A stretch of DNA of 64,000 nt from Owenia fusiformis (taxonomy: Eukaryota). Made by a program: the position numbers and the translations under genes. Location of the stretch: positions 2,852,001-2,916,000 of the forward strand of contig CAIIXF020000001.1 in NCBI GenBank assembly GCA_903813345.2, read 5' to 3'. Numbering within the stretch: the first letter of the stretch is position 1; each line of letters begins with the position of its first letter. The notes beneath the pieces are model-generated. The model was given only the letters and a program-made list of their open reading frames with translations, was not told the DNA's origin and did no database searches. Shown piece after piece: positions 1-10,855 of this stretch.

Positions 1-367
1 CAGTATACATGACAAATTAACTGTATTAACTATTAATACAGTATGAGATGTTCAAGTAAATATAAAGGCATAAGATCAACAACTACCAACAAAGAATGCA
101 ATCAATAAATAAATTCCCTGACTATGCCCTAACGCCACAGATTTGACTGACACAATGTACAAAACACAAACACAATTCAGAATTGAGCCTACATGATATT
201 ACAAAATACAGCCATGGATGTATGTTTCAAAGTTTATCATCTGTAGATAAAAAGCATGATGTAACACTTTCTTTTTAACTTATCTGGTATTAAATTTAAT
301 AAACATAACATATTTAATATACAACTAGGCACGACACATTTTGCCTGTCAACTTTTGTATTGCAAAG

Positions 368-453
368 ATGGGGTTTCTTTCAGACCACAAATGGCATGCC
401 TGCTACATGTACTTGCTCTGTCTTGCTTTAATTGTCATCACAGAGGCTCAAAG
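368..453 (+). CDS. Uncharacterised gene, exon 1: signal-peptide-like MGFLSDHKWHACYMYLLCLALIVITEAQ(R)
   Basis: ATG at 368, hydrophobic core LLCLALIVI, strong donor AAG|gtatgt at 454. Ends in phase 2 (AG), matching the A-TGG start of the exon at 4553. Confidence 0.7.
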
Positions 454-1583
454 GTATGTATAATTTACTTTAACGGTTTAAAATGTGAATTATGGTGTCA
501 TATTTGGATTAACCTTCAAAACAACTAGAACAAATAATGATGAAAAAAAATGTTAATGGATCCATGGATATTATACAGATTTGAACAAAAGAACAGAGCT
601 CATTGGTCACTTAACCCTTTATACCTGAAACGAGAAACCCCACAAGCGCATTTCTATTTTTCAATTATTGAAAACTCATAAAAAAACAAAATGAAACTAG
701 AACTTAACATCTGATATACTTTAAAAATCTTATAAATATAGGAACAAGTACTTGAAAATGATAAATGTTCAAATCAAATTACTCACTACTGGAATATTTG
801 ACAATCTTTTTTGTACAAAGGTTATATTGTGATGTAAGCACAGTCAACTATCAAATATTCTATCAGAGCAACAATCCTATCACATAATTTTCTCTTGAAA
901 TAAATAATAGCATCTGCAGATATCTCAACATTTTCCTGTTTAGCTATAGTTTCATTTGTTTCATAAAATATGAAAAGTTGCTAACATTTCAGCAAGTAAG
1001 CCAAAACTTTAAAAGTTTAATCAATTAAAATTTGTGTTTTAACTCATAACCTTAAACAATATTTCAGGTCCTTTCGACATTTAGATTTCATAAAAGAGCA
1101 GTTAAGAAACTATTGTAATAAAATTTTATTTGAAGAATAGGACTGGGGAGATCTAAAGCTTATTCTTCACGCTTCCTAGTCAACTCGTACCCAAGACAAC
1201 TCATACCCAAGACAACTGGTACCTAAGACAACTCGTACCCAAGACAACTGGTACCCAAGACAACTCGTACCCAAGATTATTTTCAGTATTATGGTTGCAT
1301 ATTGGGGAAAAAATAGAGTTTGTAATGCTTTCATGTTATAATGTGAATCAAATAATCCTCAATATTTTTTGAATTTAGACGACATTTTTTCTCAATGGAT
1401 CAGTAAAGCATTTTTTTTATTAAATAAAAGAAGTGCTTGAAGCGCTTGTTCTCAACATTTTTTTGTCAAACATATATATAAATAAATATAATTACAACAT
1501 TAGATCTGACACTTGTTCCAAACACTCATATATAAACATACAATATTTTGAAAAATGATCATGAACATGTGGAATAAACATAT

Positions 1584-4331
1584 TGTAACGGCTAGCCTAA
1601 TTTGGGTAGTGTGGGTGTTTTTAGACTAGGCTAGGTCACTTTGGGGATACGTTGTACACATTAAATGTACGTGTGAAAATAAAGAGACACAATAATTAAT
1701 GAAAGCTTAACAATATATATTCTGGCTTCATCCGCCTCAAAATAATACAACACAAATTGATACTAAGTTTCAGTTTCAGAGGTGCGAATTATAAGTCCTT
1801 TATGCAATTATATTTGTATATTTATCTCTATATATAAATGTTCATCACTAATATAGTTTTTCATCAGCTGAGCGATGCATATTCTAAGTCCACCAAGTTG
1901 AAGATATAATCTAAGTTCATCAAATGAGTTGGTGAATATTCTAAGTCTATCAAACTGAAGATGTATGGAATCTGCTAAGTTCTTCAGATTATCGATGAAT
2001 ATTCTAAGTCCACCAAGTTGAAGACATAAACTAAGTTCATCAAACGGGCTGTGAATATTGTAAGTCTATCAAACTGAAGATTAAGTCCACCAAGTTGAAG
2101 ATATAAACTAAGTTCACCAAATGGGCTGTAAATATTCTAAGTCTATCAAACTGAAGATGTATGGAATCGGCTAAGTTCTTCAGATTATTGATGAATATTC
2201 TAAGTCCACCAAGTTGAAGATATAAACTAAGTTCACCAAATGGGCTGTAAATATTCTAAGTCTATCAAACTGAAGATGTATGGAATCTGCTAAGTTCTTC
2301 AGATTATCGATGAATATTCTAAGTCCACCAAGTTGAAGACATAAACTAAGTTCATCAAATGGGCTGTGAATATTCTAAGTCTATCAAACTGAAGATGTAT
2401 GGAATCTGCTAAATTCTTCAGATTATCGATGAATATTCTAAGTTCACCAAGTTGAAGACATAAACTAAGTTCATCAAATGGGCTGTGAATATTGTAAGTC
2501 TTTCAAACTGAAGATGTATGGAATCTGCTAAGTTCTTCAGATTATCGATGAATATTCTAAGTCCACCAAGTTGAAGATATAAACTAAGTTCACCAAATGG
2601 GCTGTAAATATTCTAAGTCTATCAAACTGAAGATGTATGGAATCGGCTAAGTTCTTCAGATTATTGATGAATATTCTAAGTCCACCAAGTTGAAGATATA
2701 AACTAAGTTCATCAAATGAGTTGGTGAATATTGGCTAAGTCCCTCAATATATACGTAAATATTCCTAAGTTCCTCTGGGCATCAAACTCCAGGCAACTAT
2801 GGTGAATATTGGCTAAGTCCCTCAATATATGCGTGAATATTCCTTAAGTTCCTCTGGGCATCAAACTCCAGGCAACTATGGTGAATATTGGCTAAGTCCC
2901 TCAATATATGCGTGAATATTCCTAAGTTCCTCTGGGCATCAAACTCCAGGCAACTATAGTGAATATTGGCTAAGTCCCTCAATATATACGTAAATATTCC
3001 TAAGTTCCTCTGGGCATCAAACTCCAGGCAACTATGGTGAATATTGGCTAAGTCCCTCAATATATGCGTGAATATTCCTAAGTTCCTCTGGGCATCAAAC
3101 TTCAGACAACTTTGGGGAATATTGGCTAAGTCCCTCAAGGTAATATCTTCTAAGTGTATCGACCGAAAAATTCTCTAAGTCCATCAAATTGTATGCAGAA
3201 TTCATCTAAGTCCCTCAAGGTAATAAAATTCTCTAAGTCCATCAAATGGTATGCAGAATTTGTCTAAGTCCCTGAGGCATCAATCTCTAGAGGTGCGTGG
3301 AGGTTCCTTCTCATCAAAAGTTGTGTACGTGCCTCTCAGTATATGTAGAATCTGCCTAAGATCCTCTAAGTATACCAGGGTAAAATCCTCTAAGTCCCTC
3401 AACGGGTATGTCGAATCTGCCTAAGATCCTCTAAGTATACCAGGGTAAAATCCTCTAAGTCCCTCAATATGTGAGATGAAATCTTCTAAGTCCATCAGAT
3501 ATATGCTTAGAATTAGCCTAAGTCCATCAAGCGTCAATCCCTGGAGGCACGCGGGTCTGTCCTCTCTCAGTTCCAGCTAGAAAAGTGCCTGCTGAGTCAC
3601 CTGGTCGTCTCTATTTATACCCCAGACATGTATGTAACATGTACTAGGTTTTGCACACGAACCTAACAAGTGATTAATGGGCTGATGCAATACCTAGGCC
3701 CCTGGACAGGACAAAACTGGTGTACAATTACTATGACGCAATCAGGATATGAATAGTGCAAAATAACTGGCTTCATTTAGAACTCACAATCTGTGCTATC
3801 TAATGTAACATCAATATATGTTTAGTATATAATTAACTAGATAAATGTATAAACTAAATAAATATAACATAAACCAATCATCATTGGTTTTAATCATGCC
3901 GAAATTGACCGAAAAAACTAGTAATTGAATGTAGGTCAAGATAGCTCTTCAAAAGTAAGATGAAAAAATGTAAACAAATGAAAGCAAAATGAAATCTCAC
4001 AAAATCGAACAGTTTACAGGATTCTGCCTACTCCTTTAGTGTCACATACATTCATGTAAGTATACTACTTGTCAAACAAACTGAAAAACAGTTTCCAAAT
4101 GTGTTAACTGTAAGCGAACTGATAAAATGGCACAGGACTACAAAGAACAGAAAATTTGAAAAGTAAAAATTTGTTACAATATGTCTCTTCGCTCGAACAT
4201 CCTGAATCTGTGACCGATATAAAATAATAGTCAATATAAATTGACACTCAGCTCAAAATGTCACAAAATTAAATCAATTTCTTCCGAAAATTCTTCTTCA
4301 AACTTTAAACTATTCTGAACAGTATGTTACA
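1584..4331 (-). mobile_element. Probable solo LTR carrying internal tandem repeats, nested in the 16-bp-arm element
   Basis: TGTAAC...GTTACA termini and a minus-strand TATA-like GTATAAATA at 3612-3620. The TSD is not exact. Confidence 0.45.
1881..3530. repeat. Compound tandem repeat: ~119-120-bp units, then 78-bp units, then degenerate units, all built on a CTAAG core
   Basis: 119-120-bp period at 1881-2720, 78-bp period at 2723-3138, CTAAG roughly every 25-50 bp. Confidence 0.9.
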
Positions 4332-4552
4332 ATTATAATATGTATATCTATTCACATTCCTAGTCAACACTTGATTCAAAACAAAATATATACTTGGGTA
4401 CGAGTTGTCTTGGGTACGAGTTGTCTTGGGTACGACTTGTCTTGGGTACGAGTTGACCAGTTACCTTCCTCATTATACTAAGAAAACACTGTTTAGCTAA
4501 TATAAGTGAATCCTTAGATACATATATTATACTTTAATATGTATATTTACAG

Positions 4553-5242
4553 ATGGGAAAACCATGACCCTTGGAAGATTGGGGAATTTGAGCTTAATGT
4601 CAAAATTATGATTGACACTGAGAGATCAAGTCTTAGTGATTTTGTAATGGAGAAGGAGTTGACCCAACCATGTAAGGAAACCAAGATTCTTTTGGTAGCA
4701 GGAATCAGAGAGCTTTCAACAAGAGAATTCCATCTAAATGATGAATTGACTGAAATCATGAGGATGACAATGAAAGATATGAAAACATTCAAAAATATCA
4801 AGAATTCACTGCAGGCAATCGTGCACAAAAACCTGGATATGATGCAACCAAGGTTGGCATGGTATTACAACCATAAAGAATGCAAACAAGATGAAAATGG
4901 CGACTATTGTTTCACCCAAGTTGATTATACATTAAAGTTCTTTAACACATACAAACTAAAAGGACAAAAACAAATGAAGAAAGTAACATTTAAGGACTAT
5001 TTTCAATACAGGATTAAAAGAAATTCGACGAAAGCAAAATCAGATTCATATCATGCTAAAGGAAAAAAACATATAACAATCGTCATAAAACATGTATTCA
5101 CAGAGAAAAGTATTGTAAGCTCACTGGCATATAACATATGGACATTTTTCTTTGGCAAAGCAGAAGATATTGATGACTCAATAATGATCATCATACCAAG
5201 TTTTGAGAGCACAACTGAACATGACCAAAAGGTGGCACACTT
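4553..5242 (+). CDS. Uncharacterised gene, exon 2: first copy of a ~230-aa repeated domain
   Basis: Acceptor tatttacag|A at 4552, 690 nt open, donor CTT|gtgagt at 5243 (phase 2-2). Aligns without gaps to exon 3 (W.N.DPWKI.EFE, QPRLAW, C..D..GDYC). Confidence 0.8.
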
Positions 5243-5667
5243 GTGAGTGCATTGTTAATGTAATCTTAACATTTTAAAGCTAGAGATAATATATCAAATT
5301 GCCATATATGAGTTAATCCGAACAGACAATGCAGATGGGGTGTCAAGGTGACCTCATTTAGACTCCTCTCCAAAAAATTGCCAACTGGAAGCCCACATTT
5401 GATGTGTTAAGTGTGTTAAGCCTGATAAAGTTTATCTTTGTTTTCTTCCTAAATATCAATAGTTCAGAGGCTTATGACAAGTTTGTTGAATGTTTTTAAA
5501 TCACCAAACAAAGACAAGCTTTAATACATTATCCAGAAGGGAACTTCCTGTTGTTAAACTTATGAATGGGAGTGTAAGTATAGTATTGTACTATGTAATG
5601 CATACACAAAATGTTTATTGCAAACACAATTACAAATTTTGTACTTGACTGTTTATGAATTTTTCAG

Positions 5668-6570
5668 ATGGAAAAACTTTGACCCGTGGAAGATCAGGGA
5701 ATTTGAGATTACAGCTCGATTTGAGGTGGAACCTGAGAGATCCAGACTTAGTGGTAATCAGATTGAGGAGGCACTGAAACAACCTAGCAATGAAGCAAAA
5801 CATCACTTGATAGAAGATCTCAGAAACCTTACTCATTTGGAATTTCATCCAAATGATGAAGTAACCAATATTATTAAACAGATGCTAAAGGGCTTTAAAA
5901 CATTTACAAATATTAAGAATTCTCTTAAACTGGTAGTGCATGAAAGCCTAAACACCAAACAACCAAGATTAGCATGGTTTTATGATCGCAGTGAGTGCTC
6001 TAAGGATGACACTGGGGACTACTGTATGACTCGTGTTAATGTAGAATTGAAGCTTATTATACCTAACAAAAAACAAAATGTTAAACAAAAAGAAATGACA
6101 TTTGAAAAGTCCTTTATCTATGGGATTACAGCAACACCCTCTGAAGCATCGGATCTATCTGATAGAGTAAGAAAACCACTATTTGTCAAGATCAGACATA
6201 GTACAGAGATGAGTATGATAGTATTGCAACCTCTTTGACGTATTATGTAAAGAAACTGTTTTTGTTTTTCACTGGTAAATCACAAAAGGATGGTACAGTA
6301 AGGATCTATTTAAACAGGATAGCCGAACCTGAGGACAAAACTTGTGCCAATCGGAAAACTGAGAAAAGTGTCACTTCTGCATATAATATATTCACAGTAA
6401 TAGGTATTATTGTAATAGCAGTTTCGATCATTACGAACAAATATTTTTATATTAATTGTTCCATCAGTTTAATTCTGGTTTTTATCTGGTTCAATTCAAT
6501 TGCTATTTGCTATTGTTTGGCACTGCCTACAATTGTTCTTTTCCTCAGAAGACAGGATTTCAGCATCTAA
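5668..6570 (+). CDS. Uncharacterised gene, exon 3: second domain copy with a frameshift near 6210 (stop at 6238); the shifted frame continues to 6570 with hydrophobic segments
   Basis: Acceptor tttttcag|A at 5667. Paralogous to exon 2. Homology to exon 2 (SIVSSLAY..FFFGK vs SIATSLTY..LFFTGK) switches frame at ~6210. Confidence 0.72.
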
Positions 6571-6864
6571 TATTTCCTCTTCAGATAAAAGAGAAAATGT
6601 GTGTTCTCAAACCCTGCATTATGATTTGTTATTTGGAAAATTATATTTACTAAACTAAGCATACTACATATGATGTATGTACAGCAAGTTTATATGTATG
6701 TTTGAACATGTACTATGTTTTACATACCTAGCGAAGCATTTGAATGGAAGTCAAAGGCAAAGTAAGCAGGCTATATCCACTGACAGTGCTGACTTACACC
6801 AATTTTGTGAAGGTTTCGTAAAAAATTGGAATTGAATACATTTGAAGATGTAATAAATTCTTAC

Positions 6865-6999
6865 TTTTCATGGTTGCCTCATCATCTTCACTGTCTTCGT
6901 TGATTACCATAGTTCCTATCTCAGAGTCTATGGATGTCATTGTGTTACTTTCACTGTTAACTCCCACTGTACCACTGTCCCCACTTGGCACCATAGTCC
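6865..6999 (-). CDS. STK3: Hippo/MST kinase exon 11 (linker GTMVPSGDSG...IGTMVINEDSEDDEATMK)
   Basis: Matches the MST1/2 linker LGTMVIN...GTMK. Acceptor tatag at 7000-7001, donor AAA|gtaaga. Confidence 0.88.
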
Positions 7000-9566
7000 C
7001 TATAATTAAAATGTAATATAGATGTCATTGTGTTACTTTCACTGTTAACTCCCACTGTACCACTGTCCCCACTTGGCACCATAGTCCCTACAATTCAAAT
7101 GTAATATAGATGTCATTGTGTTACTTTCACTGTTAACTCCCACTGTACCACTGTCCCCACTTGGCACCATAGTCCCTACAATTAAAATGTAATATAGATG
7201 TCATTGTGTTACTTTCACTGTTAACTCCCACTGTACCACTGTCCCCACTTGGCACCATAGTCCCTATAATTAAAATGTAATATAGATGTCATTGTGTTAC
7301 TTTCACTGTTAACTCCCACTGTACCACTGTCCCCACTTGGCACCATAGTCCCTACAATTAAAATGTCATATAGATGTCATTGTGTTACTTTCACTGTTAA
7401 CTCCCACTGTACCACTGTCCCCACTTGGCACCATAGTGCCTATAATTAAAATGTAATATAGATATCATTGTGTTACTTTCACTTTTAACTCCCACTGTAC
7501 CACTGTCCCCACTTGGCACCATAGTCCCTACAATTAAAATGTAATATAGATGTCATTGTGTTACTTTCACTGTTAACTCCCACTGTACCACTGTCCCCAC
7601 TTGGCACCATAGTCCCTATAATTAAAATGTAATATAGATGTCATTGTGTTACTTTCACTGTTAACTCCCACTGTACCACTGTCCCCACTTGGCACCATCG
7701 TCCCTATAATTAAAATGTAATATAGATGTCATTGTGTTACTTTCACTGTTAACTCCCACTGTACCACTGTCCCCACTTGGCACCATAGTCCCTACAATTA
7801 AAATGTAATATAGATGTCATTGTGTTACTTTCACTGTTAACTCCCACTGTACCACTGTCCCCAATTGGCACCATAGTCCCTATAATTAAAATGTAATATA
7901 GATGTCATTGTGTTACTTTCATTGTTAACTCCCACTGTACCACTGTCCGCACTTGGCACCATAGTCCCTATAATCAAAATGTAATATAGATGTCATTGTG
8001 TTACTTTCACTGTTAACTCCCACTGTACCACTGTCCCCACTTGGCACCATAGTCCCTACAATTAAAATGTCATATAGATGTCATTGTGTTACTTTCACTG
8101 TTAACTCCCACTGTACCACTGTCCCCACTTGGGACCATCGTCCCTATAATTAAAATGTAATATAGATGTCATTGTGTTACTTTCACTGTTAACTCCCACT
8201 GTACCACTGTCCCCACTTGGCACCATAGTCCCTACAATTAAAATGTAATATAGATGTCATTGTGTTACTTTCACTGTTAACTCCCACTGTACCACTGTCC
8301 CCAATTGGCACCATAGTCCCTATAATTAAAATGTAATATAGATGTCATTGTGTTACTTTCATTGTTAACTCCCACTGTACCACTGTCCGCACTTGGCACC
8401 ATAGTCCCTATAATCAAAATGTAATATAGATGTCATTGTGTTACTTTCACTGTTAACTCCCACTGTACCACTGTCCCCACTTGGCACCATAGTCCCTACA
8501 ATTAAAATGTCATATAGATGTCATTGTGTTACTTTCACTGTTAACTCCCACTGTACCACTGTCCCCACTTGGCACCATAGTCCCTATAATTAAAATGTAA
8601 TATAGATGTCATTGTGTTACTTTCACTGTTAACTCCCACTGTACCACTGTCCCCACTTGGCACCATAGTCCCTACAATTAAAATGTCATATAGATATCAT
8701 TGTGTTACTTTCACTGTTAACTCCCACTGTACCACTGTCCCCACTTGGCACCATAGTCCCTATAATTAAAATGTAATATAGATGTCATTGTGTTACTTTC
8801 ACTGTTAACTCCTACAGTACCACTGTCCCCACTTGGCACCATAGTCCCTATAATTAAAATGTAATATAGATGCCATTGTGTTACTTTCACTGTTTACTCC
8901 CACTGTACCAGTGTCCCCACTTGGCACCATAGTCCCTATAATTAAAATGTAATATAGATGTCATTGTGTTACTTTCACTGTTTACTCCCACTGTACCACT
9001 GTCCCCACTTGGCACCATAGTCCCTATAATTAAAATGTAATATAGATGTCATTGTGTTACTTTCACTGTTTACTCCCACTGTACCACTGTCCCCACTTGA
9101 CACCATAGTCCCTATAATTAAAATGTAATATAGATGCCATTGTGTTATTTTCACTGTTTACTCCCACAGTACCACTGTCCCCACTTGGCACCATAGTCCC
9201 TATAATTAAAATGTAATATAGATGTCATTGTGTTACTTTCACTGTTAACTCCCACTGTACCACTGTCCCCACTTGGCACCATAGTTCCTATAATTAAAAT
9301 GTAATATAGATGTCATTGTGTTACTTTCACTGTTAACTCCCACTGTACCACTGTCCCCACTTGGGACCATCGTCCCTATAATTAAAATGTAATATAGATG
9401 TCATTGTGTTACTTTCACTGTTAACTCCCACTGTTCCACTGTCCCCACTTGGCACCATCGTCCCTATAATTAAAATGTAATATAGATGTCATTGTGTTAC
9501 TTTCACTGTTAACTCCCACTGTACCACTGTCCCCACTTGGCACCATCGTCCCTATAATTAAAATGT
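6933..9566. repeat. 30 copies of an 88-bp unit consisting of the exon-11 acceptor plus the first 67 nt of exon 11
   Basis: GATGTC register at 6933, 7021, 7109 ... 9485 (exact 88-bp period); copies are near-identical. Confidence 0.97.
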
Positions 9567-9874
9567 GTTCATGGAAGACTTTGAAGATCTTCAATGATGT
9601 TCATTGTGCTTATACTCTTTGCAAAATTTAAGAAATAGTAATCAAAAAGATAATTAAAAAAAACTTAATTTTCTAAAAAATATTTATTGCATGAAATGAT
9701 CTATATTGTCTCTATGTACAGAGCACGTATTTAGATTTCTATTTTACAGAAGTACTCTGAAGCAGCAACAGTGATTTTAAGCAATAAATTTTAATAAAAA
9801 ATATCAGAAGAAATTGACTGAACATTCATATTCTTCATCTTGAGATAAATGAGTGTCATGATTTAGAGACTTAC

Positions 9875-9953
9875 CAGTTTCATTTTTGTGAGCTATCATG
9901 GTTCCTGAGTCTGGGTTCCCCTTCACCATTGTGCCTGTGTCAGTCTCTTCATC
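9875..9953 (-). CDS. STK3: Hippo/MST kinase exon 10 (DEETDTGTMVKGNPDSGTMIAHKNET)
   Basis: ttgcag|GAT ... G|gtaagt; resembles the MST2 DEDELDSHTMVK region. Confidence 0.88.
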
Positions 9954-10541
9954 CTGCAATACAAAACATACAGTGGATGATTTCTGTTTGAACTTTAACA
10001 TACAATAAAGGGTCAGGTTTTGACTCATTGCATTTGATACATACATGGGTCAAATGTGGATCAGTTAACCTCTAGGTTAGGTTACCAGTGGAGCAGTCAT
10101 TGCGAAAATGTAATTTGAAATAACTGCCCAATTAGGTAGTGCAGCTAAAAGCCTTTATTTAGTTATTGTGTTTATTTTATGTTTTTGTACAAAGTATAAG
10201 CTTATGAGTAAAGAACATGCTTATTTCTTTCTGGTTGTTGCATAAAAGTAAAAAATAAAGCAATCATTTCAAACTCATATCTGCTATTAATGTTATTTTG
10301 TCAAATTATTACCTCATCACGTTAAGTCTTCACAATAGATTTCCCTGACCTCATTCCAGAATGAATTACGAGGGATAAAAGGTTTTTATGAATCCATTAT
10401 AATTTTGCAAGGTTTGAATTCTGAATTCAGCTGCTTACTACTATCTTAATGATTGAGGTTCATTGGCCCAAGAACAGAAGGTCCAAACTTATCTCACTTG
10501 ACCCAATTCAAGGACAGAGTATAAAATGGAGGGGTACTCAC

Positions 10542-10646
10542 AGATTCTTGCTCATTCTCTAGCAATTGAGCTTCTTGTATTTCCCTGGCCTCTTGTAAGA
10601 GTTTCTGTAGCATAGAGACAGGTTTGGCACGTTTGATGAAATCATG
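10542..10646 (-). CDS. STK3: Hippo/MST kinase exon 9 (HDFIKRAKPVSMLQKLL...)
   Basis: Matches HPFIKNAKPVSILRDLI; ccag| and |gtgagt. Confidence 0.93.
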
Positions 10647-10855
10647 CTGGAAATAACAAACATTTTGAGTAAAACACATCATTTTCTTTGTAAATGCACC
10701 CTCAACCTTAAATGATCAGGATATCATTTACAGAGTTTGTTAAGAATGCCTAAATCCATGTGGATATTAATGCTATGACGTAAGAGAACAATGAACTAAA
10801 GGAATCCTTAACTTTAAAAAGTTTCTGTAAATGTGCCCCTGTATAATGTTATTAT

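Larger units (their letters stand above)
1171..4465. mobile_element. Non-autonomous DNA transposon with terminal inverted arrays of a 16-bp unit (CAACTCGTACCCAAGA)
   Basis: Six direct copies at 1181-1275 and four inverted copies at 4393-4456. No clean TSD. Confidence 0.75.

Noticed and set aside
2797-3138. 113-aa ORF with a 26-aa repeat
   Set aside because: By-product of the 78-bp tandem unit; non-ATG start and a frameshift in one unit.
4539-6238. Two separate single-exon genes, or alternative last exons
   Set aside because: Both begin at acceptors in the same phase, and a GTGAGT donor at 5243 links them in frame, so a single spliced gene fits better.
1-6720. Hippo terminal SARAH-domain exons
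   Set aside because: No matching minus-strand sequence seen by eye; probably left of the window, though a short exon could have been missed.
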